Origin: an uncultured bacterium
GTDB taxonomy: Bacteria > Pseudomonadota > Gammaproteobacteria > Burkholderiales > SG8-39
Reading direction: 5' to 3'
DNA: 64,000 nucleotides
Assembly (NCBI GenBank): GCA_965233165.1
Contig: CBDDRX010000009.1
Span: 20,209 to 84,208 of the forward strand
Shown: piece by piece, positions 31,142 to 39,727 of the stretch
Layout of the letters: each line of letters starts with the position of its first letter
How positions within the stretch are numbered: position 1 is the stretch's first letter
Program-made: the position numbers and the translations under genes
Notes under the pieces: generated by a model
What the model saw: the letters and a program-made list of their open reading frames with translations, nothing else
Databases searched by the model: none
Told to the model about the DNA's origin: nothing

Positions 31142-32217
31142 CGCGTCGCGATGAACTCGACGATCCGTCGCGCCGCCGCGCCATCGCCGTACAGCTTTGG
31201 CAGATCGGGTGGAAGCTGCGTTGCGAGCCCTGCCCGGAGTGCCGCCACCAGGGACTCGCTACTGTGCGGCGGTGCGAGCGTGTTAGCGCCGATCTCCACG
31301 AGCTCGACCCATTCCGTCTCGTCGCGCATGGTTACGCAAGGAACACCATAAAAGTAGGCCTCCTTCTGGACACCGCCGGAGTCGGTGGCGACGAGGCTCG
31401 CGTTCTTCTCAAGGACCAGCATGTCGAGGAATCCAACGGGGTCGACGATCTTCAGTCGTGCAGAGCGCCTATCGGCTTTCGCTCCGAGGGCCTTGCGCGT
31501 CCGAGGGTGGAGAGGCAAGACGATGTCGATGTGGCTAGCCAAGGATTCGAACGCTTCGAAAACACTCTTCAGCCGAGCCGAATCATCGGTGTTCTCCGCA
31601 CGATGGACCGTCGCCAGGATGTAGGCCTTCCGCCCAAGGCCGAGCCGCTTCAGGACGTCGCTCGCGCGTTCAGCCCGTTCTCCGAATTGCAGCGCCACGT
31701 CATACATTACGTCGCCGACCAGGTGAACGCCGTCCGTGATCCCCTCTCGCCGGAGATTCTCGACGCTCGTCGCCGTAGGGCAGAAGAGCATCGTGCTGCT
31801 GTGGTCGGTCAATACGCGATTCACCTCTTCGGGCATCGCCCTGTTGAACGATCGCAGCCCCGCCTCGACGTGCGCCACGGGAATGTGCAGCTTGATCGCC
31901 GCCACCGCTCCTGCAAGGGTACTGTTCGTGTCGCCGTAGACGAGAACGAGGTCCGGCCGCTCGCGCGCAAAGAGCGCATCCAGCTTCTCGAGCATCCTGC
32001 CGGTCATCTCCCCGTGAGAGCCGCCGCCCACCCCAAGGGAGTGCGCTGGCCGCGGAATGTCTAACTCCGAGAAAAAAACGTCGCTTAACCCGGGGTCGTA
32101 GTGCTGCCCGGTGTGAATGAGGTCTTCCTGAAGGCCGCGTACCAGCCGCATCGCCTGCGAGACGGCCGCCGCCTTGATGAACTGGGGCCTCGCTCCCACG
32201 ACGGTCGCGATCTTCAT
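31138..32217 (-). CDS. wecB: UDP-N-acetylglucosamine 2-epimerase family (WecB/WbpI-type, non-hydrolysing)
   Basis: Start at ATG 32217 (MKIATVVGARPQFIKAAAVSQAM...), with HTGQHYD and DSGGVQKEA. In context with wbpABDE it could act as the WbpI-type UDP-GlcNAc3NAcA 2-epimerase. Confidence 0.85.
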   Translation of the reverse strand: MKIATVVGARPQFIKAAAVSQAMRLVRGLQEDLIHTGQHYDPGLSDVFFSELDIPRPAHSLGVGGGSHGEMTGRMLEKLDALFARERPDLVLVYGDTNSTLAGAVAAIKLHIPVAHVEAGLRSFNRAMPEEVNRVLTDHSSTMLFCPTATSVENLRREGITDGVHLVGDVMYDVALQFGERAERASDVLKRLGLGRKAYILATVHRAENTDDSARLKSVFEAFESLASHIDIVLPLHPRTRKALGAKADRRSARLKIVDPVGFLDMLVLEKNASLVATDSGGVQKEAYFYGVPCVTMRDETEWVELVEIGANTLAPPHSSESLVAALRAGLATQLPPDLPKLYGDGAAARRIVEFIATR

Positions 32218-33260
32218 GCGAGGTGGCAGCGGTGCTTGTCCATCGTACGGCGGATGAGATCCGCGTTCTGGCGCGTCCACTCCACGGTGCGGGCAAGGCC
32301 CTGCTCCAATTTCGTGCCGGCGCGGAAGCCGAGCTCGCGCTCCGCCTTGGCGGGGCTGCCGAAGCGCTTGCCGGAGTTGTCCCAGGTGCGCCGAGGCCTC
32401 ATCTCCACGCCGCCCTTGCCTCCCGTGGCGGCGAGGATCTTCTCCGCGAGCTCGCGCACCGAGGTCTCGATGCCGCTTGCGATGTTGTAGACATCGCCCG
32501 ACTTTCCCTTGAGCGCGCAGGCGGCAAGTCCGCGCGCAACATCCTCGACGAAGATGAAGTCGCGCGTGCCGATGCCTTCGTTCTCCAGGGGCAGCGGCTC
32601 GTTCGCGAGCGCCTTCCAGATGAAGGTCGGGGTGACATTGCGCCAGACGGTCGCCGGCGTGCCGCGCCAGCGCCCGGCACCCAGGATCTCGCCCGGGCCG
32701 TAGACGTTCTGGAAGCGCGCGCGCACCGTCGGCAGCGCGTGCTGGTTGAAGTAGTACACGGCGTAAAACTCGCCGAACACCTTCGACATGGAATACGGGC
32801 TGTCCATGGAGAGCGAGACGATGTCGGTCTCCTCGGTGGCCTCGGCGGTGCCGAACGTCTTCTCCGCAACAGAGCAGCCGGCGGCCGAGTAGACCACCTT
32901 CTTCAGCCGCTTGAAGCCCTTCAGGCGCTCGAACAGGCGCAGCGTGGTCAGCGTGTTGTGCTCGTGGTCGGCGAGCGGGTCGTGGATCGAGCTCTGGTTG
33001 CCGTGGTAGGTGCTGAGGTGGAAGACGTAGTCGTACTCGTCCTTAAGCCCCGCGAGCAGCGCCGGATCGGCGATCGACGCTTCGCTGAAGGCGACGCGCG
33101 GGTCGGCCGGCACGTTCACCTTCTCCGCCGACAGGAGGTTGTCGACGATGTGCACGCGGCCCGCGCCCTGCGCGAGCACGAGCTTCACGAGGTTGCTGCC
33201 GACGAACCCCGCCCCGCCGCTGACGAGGATCGAGGCCCCTTCGAAGTCGCGCCCGCTCAT
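32214..33260 (-). CDS. NAD-dependent epimerase/dehydratase (extended SDR), first of three consecutive
   Basis: Start at ATG 33260 (MSGRDFEGASILVSGGAGFVGSNL...), with YSMSKVFGE (YxxxK). ATGA overlap with the upstream SDR stop. Confidence 0.8.
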   Translation of the reverse strand: MSGRDFEGASILVSGGAGFVGSNLVKLVLAQGAGRVHIVDNLLSAEKVNVPADPRVAFSEASIADPALLAGLKDEYDYVFHLSTYHGNQSSIHDPLADHEHNTLTTLRLFERLKGFKRLKKVVYSAAGCSVAEKTFGTAEATEETDIVSLSMDSPYSMSKVFGEFYAVYYFNQHALPTVRARFQNVYGPGEILGAGRWRGTPATVWRNVTPTFIWKALANEPLPLENEGIGTRDFIFVEDVARGLAACALKGKSGDVYNIASGIETSVRELAEKILAATGGKGGVEMRPRRTWDNSGKRFGSPAKAERELGFRAGTKLEQGLARTVEWTRQNADLIRRTMDKHRCHLA

Positions 33261-34192
33261 GCGCTCACCTTCGGCGCGGCCAAATGGCTGTGCACGTCGC
33301 TCACGCCGTACTTCCGGTACCAGTCGAGCTGGCGGCGGATCGTGTCCTTGAAGCCGATGCGCGCCTTCCAGCCAAGCGCCGCCGCGGTGCGCGACGGATC
33401 GAGCACCATCGCCTTCACATCGTCCGCGCCCGGCGGGACGACGGGAACCTGCTCCTTGAGCGTGATCCCAAGGTAGGCGACCACCTCGTCGAAGATCTCC
33501 TTTATGGAGTGGCCTTCGCCCGTCGACACGTTGAAGACGCCCTTGGCGTCGCTCTTCAGCAGCAGGTCCATGAGGTCGAGGAAGTCCTGCATGTCGAGGA
33601 AATCGCGCACCGTGTCGCTGCAGAAGCACTTCTGCCCTGCCTGCAGCCGCTTGAAGAAGGTCGGGATCGGACCGATCGAGAGACGCGGGCCGGTGATGTT
33701 CGCGAGGCGCAGCGACACGACCGGCAGCCCGCTCATCAGGAGGTACTGCTCCCCGGCGGTCTTCGAGATGCCGTAGCTAGTAAATGGCGCCACCGGGTGA
33801 TCAACCGGAACCGGCACCCTGGAGGGCCGTCCATAGCAGAGCGCCGTCTGGAAATTCACCAGACGCCGCACGCCCGCCTTCTCGGCCGCCCTCGCGACGT
33901 GGATGCTGCCGGTGACGTTGGTCGCGGCGTCCTCGCGCCAGTCGGCCGGGTCCTTGTAGGCCGCGGCGCTGTGGATCACGATCTCGGGACGCGCCTCGTC
34001 CAAGGTACGCTCGACGAGCGACGCGTCGGCGATCGTGCCTTCCACGACGCGCAGGCCCGGCATCGCCGGCACCACTTCGCGCTTGCCGGTGGCGAAGTTG
34101 TCCAGGACCGTGATCTCGTGCCCCTGCGGCAGCCAGTGCTCGATCAGGTTGGAGCCGAGGCAGCCTGCCCCGCCGGTGATCAGGATGCGCAT
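33257..34192 (-). CDS. NAD-dependent epimerase/dehydratase (extended SDR), second of three
   Basis: Start at ATG 34192 (MRILITGGAGCLGSNLIEHW...DNFATGKREV), with YGISKTAGE. The 126 upstream track codons are shadow. Confidence 0.8.
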   Translation of the reverse strand: MRILITGGAGCLGSNLIEHWLPQGHEITVLDNFATGKREVVPAMPGLRVVEGTIADASLVERTLDEARPEIVIHSAAAYKDPADWREDAATNVTGSIHVARAAEKAGVRRLVNFQTALCYGRPSRVPVPVDHPVAPFTSYGISKTAGEQYLLMSGLPVVSLRLANITGPRLSIGPIPTFFKRLQAGQKCFCSDTVRDFLDMQDFLDLMDLLLKSDAKGVFNVSTGEGHSIKEIFDEVVAYLGITLKEQVPVVPPGADDVKAMVLDPSRTAAALGWKARIGFKDTIRRQLDWYRKYGVSDVHSHLAAPKVSA

Positions 34193-34200
34193 CCCCGCGC

Positions 34201-35139
34201 CTACTTCTTGTCGTCGTGCTTCAGGTGCGTATACCCGCCCTGAACACCGAACTTGCGGTAGTAGTCGACTGCCGCCTGCACAGTGTCGCCCAGGCTGGTG
34301 AACTTGATCTCGCCGAAGTCCTGGAACGTGCGCGACGGATCGAGCAGGATGCTCGGCGCGTCGTCCGGCCCGAGGTCGCGCACCTCCGGCGCCGGATAGC
34401 TCTTGAGCTCCATGGCGGCCACGACCGAGTCGTAGAGATCCTGGATGGCAACGTCCTTGCCCGAGGAGAAGTGGTACGCGCCGCGGCCCTTGCCATCGGC
34501 GGCCTTCACGACGGTGCGCGCGAGATCCTTGACGAACACGAAGTCTCGCCGCGCCTTGGTGACGAAGCACTTCTTCCCCTCCGACAGGCGCTGGAAGAAG
34601 ATCGGCAGCGGCCCGCTCACGTTGCGCGGGCCCACCACGTTGGCGAGGCGGAACGTCACGTAGTTGATGCCGGAATATTCGAGGTAGTCCTCCGCCGCGC
34701 CCTTCGAGATCGCGTAGCTGCTGTTGGCGGGGCTGCGCGGGTGGTCGAGGCGGATCGGCTGGTGCAGCGGCTTCACGCCGTAGATGAGCGCTGTCTGGAA
34801 GTAGACGAAACGCCCGACCTTGTTCTGCTTCGCCGCCTTGACGAGGTTCGCGCCGCCCACCACGTTGGTGAGCGAATCGTTGTACCAGTCCTCGGGATCC
34901 TTGTAGGACGCAGCCGTGTGGACGAGCACGTCGGGCTTGAAATCGCCGACCAGCCGGTCGACAAGCGCCTTGTCCGCGATCGAGCCGATCTCGACCTTCA
35001 GCTTCGGATGCGCGTCGAGGTGCTCGCGACGCCCGGTGGCGAGATTGTCGATGCCGAGCACCTCGTCGCCGCGCGCGAGGAGAGTTTCCGCGACGTGCGA
35101 GCCGACCTGGCCGCAGGCGCCGGTGATCAACACCTTCAT
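34201..35139 (-). CDS. NAD-dependent epimerase/dehydratase (extended SDR), third of three; paralogue of 33257..34192
   Basis: 312 aa. MKVLITGACGQVGSHV...DNLATGRREHL and YAISKGAAE. Confidence 0.8.
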   Translation of the reverse strand: MKVLITGACGQVGSHVAETLLARGDEVLGIDNLATGRREHLDAHPKLKVEIGSIADKALVDRLVGDFKPDVLVHTAASYKDPEDWYNDSLTNVVGGANLVKAAKQNKVGRFVYFQTALIYGVKPLHQPIRLDHPRSPANSSYAISKGAAEDYLEYSGINYVTFRLANVVGPRNVSGPLPIFFQRLSEGKKCFVTKARRDFVFVKDLARTVVKAADGKGRGAYHFSSGKDVAIQDLYDSVVAAMELKSYPAPEVRDLGPDDAPSILLDPSRTFQDFGEIKFTSLGDTVQAAVDYYRKFGVQGGYTHLKHDDKK

Positions 35140-35169
35140 TGAATCTCCTTGAAAATCCTCGAGATTTTA

Positions 35170-37065
35170 TCAGGCCCGCTCATCGAAGAACCTCTGCTGC
35201 CACAGTTCCAGGCTCAGGAAAGCCCATAGGTTGCGGCTGAACGCTCCCTCGCGCTTGAGGAGTGCCTCGACGTCGAATGGCTTCGAAAAGTAGAAGCGCG
35301 AGCGGGAGCGGGTCGAGCGAAAGGTGTCGAGGACGAACTCCCGCACAGGTCCGGCGCGCTGCATCCACTTTTGCAGGGGAACCGGGAATCCCATCTTGTC
35401 CTTTCGGTCCAGGATCGCCTTCGGGAGCTTGTCCTTGAATGCGATCTTCAGGAGGCGCTTGAGCTCCCCGTTCTGGAACTTGATGTTCGAGGGAATCGTG
35501 GCGGCGAGCTCCACGAGCGCATGGTCCAGCAACGGCACCCGCGATTCGATGCCGTGCGCCATGCTCATCCGGTCCTCGACCTGCAACAGCGCCGGCAGCA
35601 GCGTCTTGAAGTCGAAATGAGTCATCGAGTCAAAGTACGACTCCTTGCCCACGTTCTGGCCCCAGAAGATCTCCTTGAACTCCTCCAGCGAGAAAGCCCC
35701 CTTGAAGACGTCCCAGTCGACGATGTCGCCGAATGTGTTAGAGCGATTGATCAGGCGGAAGTAGCGCCGGTCGCGCTCGTCGAAGATGCCTTCTGCCCAG
35801 AACTCCTGGATCAAGGGCTTGTAGCCGCGGAGCGTAACGAGGTTCGGAATGATGGATTCATAGGTCACGACGAAATTGCCGCTATTCATCGTGCCGTCGA
35901 GCGCACCCTTGATGCATTGCTCCCAGTAGGCGATCAGGTAGCGCGCGTAGCCGCCGAACGTCTCGTCGCCGCCCTGGCCGCCGAGCACGACCTTCACTCC
36001 CCTGTCCCGCACGAGCCTGGACACCATGAACTGCGGGAAAGAGCCCGGGCCGGCGACCGGCTGGTCGAGGTGATAGATCACGTCCGCCATGTGACGCACG
36101 AAGTCCTGCTCGCCGATGTCCACCTCGTGCAGCGTCATGTCGCGTTCGGCGGTAAGCGCGCGAACGTAGCGCGATTCGTCAAAGGCATCGCCGAACTCGG
36201 TGAACTTGCCGATGAATGCCTGGAAACGTTCCCCGGAGCGCAATCCCCGCGCAGTGGAGGCGACGAGGCTCGAGTCGATCCCGCCGCTCACGTACGCGCC
36301 GACCTCCACGTCCGCGCGCAGGTGTACGTCGACGGAATCGAAAAGCCGCTCGCGGACCTTTTCGACGAAGTATTTCTCGTCGTGCGACCAGTCGAGGTCG
36401 TAGTGCACCTCCCAGTAGCGGCGGGCCGCCAGCCGACCGTCGGCGCGGACGTAGCCGCAATGCGCCGGCTCGATCTGTCTGATGCCTTCGAACATGGTCT
36501 TCGAACCGAGGCAGAACTGGAAGCAGAAATAGTCGTGCAGCGCATCACGGCTCGCTTCGACATTGTCAAGGAACGGCAGGAGCGCCTTCATCTCCGATGC
36601 AAAGTAGAAGGCTCCTGCAACCGTCGTGTAGTACAACGGCTTGATGCCGAACCGGTCGCGCGCCACGAAGAGCTCGCCGCGCCTGGCGTCCCAGATCGCA
36701 AACGCGAACATGCCGCGCAGCTTCTCGACGCAGCGATCACCCCACTTCTCGTAAGCAAGAAGGATGACTTCGGTATCCGATGCCGTCCGGAAGCGGTCCT
36801 CACCCAACTCCCTGCGCAGCTCGAGGAAGTTGTAAATCTCCCCGTTGTACGTGATTACATGACCCGCGGGGGACCGCATGGGCTGCGCCCCGCTGTCGAG
36901 GTCGATGATCGACAGCCTAAGGTGGGCGAACGCGACCCTGCCGTCAGCGGAGAACCACGTGTCCTCGCCGTCCGGCCCGCGGTGGCGCAACAGCGACTGC
37001 ATGCGCGCCAAGCGTGCCGGCGCACCAGCCGTGTCCTCACCGTAGATCCCTGCGATACCGCACAT
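35170..37065 (-). CDS. AsnB-type glutamine-dependent amidotransferase, paralogue 2
   Basis: 631 aa. MCGIAGIYGED..., ITYNGEIYNF, RDRFGIKPLYYT and VSGGIDSS. Confidence 0.85.
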   Translation of the reverse strand: MCGIAGIYGEDTAGAPARLARMQSLLRHRGPDGEDTWFSADGRVAFAHLRLSIIDLDSGAQPMRSPAGHVITYNGEIYNFLELRRELGEDRFRTASDTEVILLAYEKWGDRCVEKLRGMFAFAIWDARRGELFVARDRFGIKPLYYTTVAGAFYFASEMKALLPFLDNVEASRDALHDYFCFQFCLGSKTMFEGIRQIEPAHCGYVRADGRLAARRYWEVHYDLDWSHDEKYFVEKVRERLFDSVDVHLRADVEVGAYVSGGIDSSLVASTARGLRSGERFQAFIGKFTEFGDAFDESRYVRALTAERDMTLHEVDIGEQDFVRHMADVIYHLDQPVAGPGSFPQFMVSRLVRDRGVKVVLGGQGGDETFGGYARYLIAYWEQCIKGALDGTMNSGNFVVTYESIIPNLVTLRGYKPLIQEFWAEGIFDERDRRYFRLINRSNTFGDIVDWDVFKGAFSLEEFKEIFWGQNVGKESYFDSMTHFDFKTLLPALLQVEDRMSMAHGIESRVPLLDHALVELAATIPSNIKFQNGELKRLLKIAFKDKLPKAILDRKDKMGFPVPLQKWMQRAGPVREFVLDTFRSTRSRSRFYFSKPFDVEALLKREGAFSRNLWAFLSLELWQQRFFDERA

Positions 37066-38486
37066 TAGTTGGTCGCCTCGTTGTAGAGAGAATAGAGGTT
37101 CGGACTGAAAACCTCCCAGTTGAACCGTTCGCGCGCGTACCGCTGCGCATTCGCGCGGCGCTTCTTCAAGAGCACGCGGTCGGAGACGATGCTCGAAACT
37201 GCCCGGATCAGAGAATCCGGATCGCCCACCGAGTAGAGCAGCCCCGCGTCAGCCGCCTCGATGACGTGCCGGACATAGGGCAGGTCGTTGGAGAGCACCA
37301 TCACCCCGGCATGGAAGTACTGGGACAGCTTGTTTGGGCATGCGTACCGGTACCCCTCTACGTCACCCTTGTAAGGGATGATGCCCACGTCGGCTTCAGC
37401 GGCGGCAGCGATCAGGTCCCTCTCGCTGACCGGCTCCACGAAGTACACGCTTTTTCCAAGTACACCGCCACGGGCCGCCAATGCCTCGAGCTCGGGCGTC
37501 AGGCGGTTCCTCGGTCCTCGGATAAAAAGGGCAGCCTGGGAGCCGTCGACTCTCGGCCAAGCCGCGATGATCTCCTCGATGCCGCGGCCGGGCGTGAACC
37601 TGCCTTGGAAAAGGAAGCGGACGCGCCCATTAGCCAACTCACCGATCTCCGAGGGCCGCGGCTTCGCGCCGATGGAAGCTGCGGGCTCCGCGTTCGGCAC
37701 TGCGTGCACCCGCTCCAAGCTGTAGGCGCGCCTCATCACCTCCGCCATGACATGGTTGACGGTGACCACCGAGTCGGCGCGGCGAATCAGGTACCGCTCG
37801 ATTAGGTGGAACAACGTCTTGTCGATCCACGTGTCCTCGGGATTGGCCTTGGGGTAGTACTCATGCGCGTCGTAGACGAGCTTGCAGCCGAAGTCTTTCC
37901 GGGCGAGCACGCCGACAAGCAGAGTTTCCAGGTCGTTGCAGTGGATAACGTCGGGCTTGCGCGGCAGCGCCCGAACGTAAGGCCAGAACGCCTTCGTCGC
38001 CGAGGCGAAGTCTGTGCCCACCGGCATATAGAAGCTTCCCAGCCCGCTCTTCCGCAACGCGCTCGAAGCGAGGCGCCGCAGCGACAGCGCCCACCGCGGC
38101 CATTGGCCCGCGTTCCGAACCGCCAGGAAGGCGCCAAGAGCCAGGGCGAGGAGCAGCGCGAGCGGGAGGAGGATCGGTGAAAGGATCAAGCAGGCCGCCA
38201 GCAGCACCAGGCGCCCCGCCGGGCGTAGCGAAAGCACGAGATGCCAGAGGTACACGAACACGCCAGTTGGCACCCCGGCGCGCACCCGGGGGACCCGACG
38301 GATCTCGTAGCCTCCCGAGGTCTCGATCTCCGGCAGGGGACGCACGGCGTCCGCGAAGCCCAGCACGGTGACGTCAAAGAGTTTCGCCGCGCCGCCAGCT
38401 TCCCACGCGATGCGCGGATCGACGGTGGGCTCGTGCGCGCAAAGCATGAGCACGCTCCGGCGTCTCCCGGAAGACGGCATGGTCAT
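37065..38486 (-). CDS. Glycosyltransferase (GT-B, 'GT-X' family) with an internal hydrophobic insertion
   Basis: Start at ATG 38486 (ATGA overlap with the upstream stop). It has a hydrophobic stretch VFVYLWHLVLSLRPAGRLVLLAACLILSPILLPLALLLALALGAFLAV, then DAHEYYP and YACPNKLSQYFHAG. It is a paralogue of 29999..31141. Confidence 0.62.
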   Translation of the reverse strand: MTMPSSGRRRSVLMLCAHEPTVDPRIAWEAGGAAKLFDVTVLGFADAVRPLPEIETSGGYEIRRVPRVRAGVPTGVFVYLWHLVLSLRPAGRLVLLAACLILSPILLPLALLLALALGAFLAVRNAGQWPRWALSLRRLASSALRKSGLGSFYMPVGTDFASATKAFWPYVRALPRKPDVIHCNDLETLLVGVLARKDFGCKLVYDAHEYYPKANPEDTWIDKTLFHLIERYLIRRADSVVTVNHVMAEVMRRAYSLERVHAVPNAEPAASIGAKPRPSEIGELANGRVRFLFQGRFTPGRGIEEIIAAWPRVDGSQAALFIRGPRNRLTPELEALAARGGVLGKSVYFVEPVSERDLIAAAAEADVGIIPYKGDVEGYRYACPNKLSQYFHAGVMVLSNDLPYVRHVIEAADAGLLYSVGDPDSLIRAVSSIVSDRVLLKKRRANAQRYARERFNWEVFSPNLYSLYNEATN

Positions 38487-39727
38487 CGGGATGCTCCGGC
38501 CGCCATTGCGCTCGTGAAGGCCGCGCAAGCGCGAAGGAACCTCCGAAGGGACCATGGCCTCGGTTTCCCATCGGCTATTTCCCGCAGCCGCCGCTCGACC
38601 TGCGCCGCCTGCGCGTCCAGGTCGGCCTGCTCGCGGACGATGGCGAGCGCATTCCGGGCGATCTCCGTGCGCAAGGCAGGATTCCGCATGAGCTCGATGA
38701 CCCCTTGCGCAATCGCCGCCGGCTCGGCGTCGACGAACCAGGCGCTCCGCCCGTGGGTTACGAGCTCCTCGTAGCGCGGCAACTTGCCCAGGATGCTCGG
38801 CGTCTCGCACGCCATCCCTTCGAGGAGCGTCTGCGGAAGGCCGTCCGACGATGGGACCGCGACCGTTACTTCGGCGAGGCTGTAGTAGGCCGGCATGTCA
38901 TGGTGGCTGACATGGCCGCAGAAGATCACGTGACGATCGATTCCCATCTCGGCCGCGCGCCGCGCGATCCGCTCACGGTAGTCGGGATCGGCGGCGTACT
39001 CGGTCACGACTAGGACCGCATCTGGCACCGCCGTCAGCACTACTGGCATCGCCTCTACGATCAGATGCACGCGGTAGAACGGCTGCAGGATCTTCGGGCT
39101 GAGGACCACGCGTGCCGTGGGCGAGATGCCGAGCCGCGCACGCAGGGACGAAGCGTCCGAGCGGTGAAACACCCGCAAAGGTATTCCCCACACGATTCGC
39201 TCGACCAGCGCGGCGACGCCGCCGAACCGTTCGAGCACTGCGGTGAGGTGATTGGATTTCGTCGTGATGTACCTCGCCTCGCGAAGGAGCCGGATCGTCA
39301 GCCATTTTCCCGCCGGGGTGGGCGCGCCCTGCTCCTCGAAGAGCACGTCGCCGCCCATAACCGTCACGGCGATGGGCCCGCTTCCAAGCATGGCGGCAAG
39401 CCACCCGTAGTAGCTGTACGCGTAGTGCACGTGGATCACGTCCGGCTTCCACCGGTGCAGCAGCCGGACGAATGCCACTGCCCGCGCGGCATGCGGGACG
39501 AGCCTCCCCAGGACCGGGACGCGCGCCGCCACCCTGAGCAGGAATCCGCCCGGCCCGCGGGGCGGATAGCTCGGGACGAACTGGGTGACGCCGGGAATGT
39601 CCGGCGCGGCGACGTGTGACACTAGAAGTACGCGATGGCCGAGCTCCGCGAAGCAGCGAGTGCGCGAGGCGACGTGCACGCTGTCGGCGCGCCCCACTGC
39701 GCAAATCGTGAGCGGCCCGCTCTTCAT
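38483..39727 (-). CDS. Glycosyltransferase family 4
   Basis: Start at ATG 39727 (MKSGPLTICAVGRADSVHV...). C-terminal block VAVPSSDGLPQTLLEGMACETPSILG. ATGA overlap with the AsnB-3 stop. Confidence 0.75.
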   Translation of the reverse strand: MKSGPLTICAVGRADSVHVASRTRCFAELGHRVLLVSHVAAPDIPGVTQFVPSYPPRGPGGFLLRVAARVPVLGRLVPHAARAVAFVRLLHRWKPDVIHVHYAYSYYGWLAAMLGSGPIAVTVMGGDVLFEEQGAPTPAGKWLTIRLLREARYITTKSNHLTAVLERFGGVAALVERIVWGIPLRVFHRSDASSLRARLGISPTARVVLSPKILQPFYRVHLIVEAMPVVLTAVPDAVLVVTEYAADPDYRERIARRAAEMGIDRHVIFCGHVSHHDMPAYYSLAEVTVAVPSSDGLPQTLLEGMACETPSILGKLPRYEELVTHGRSAWFVDAEPAAIAQGVIELMRNPALRTEIARNALAIVREQADLDAQAAQVERRLREIADGKPRPWSLRRFLRACAAFTSAMAAGASR

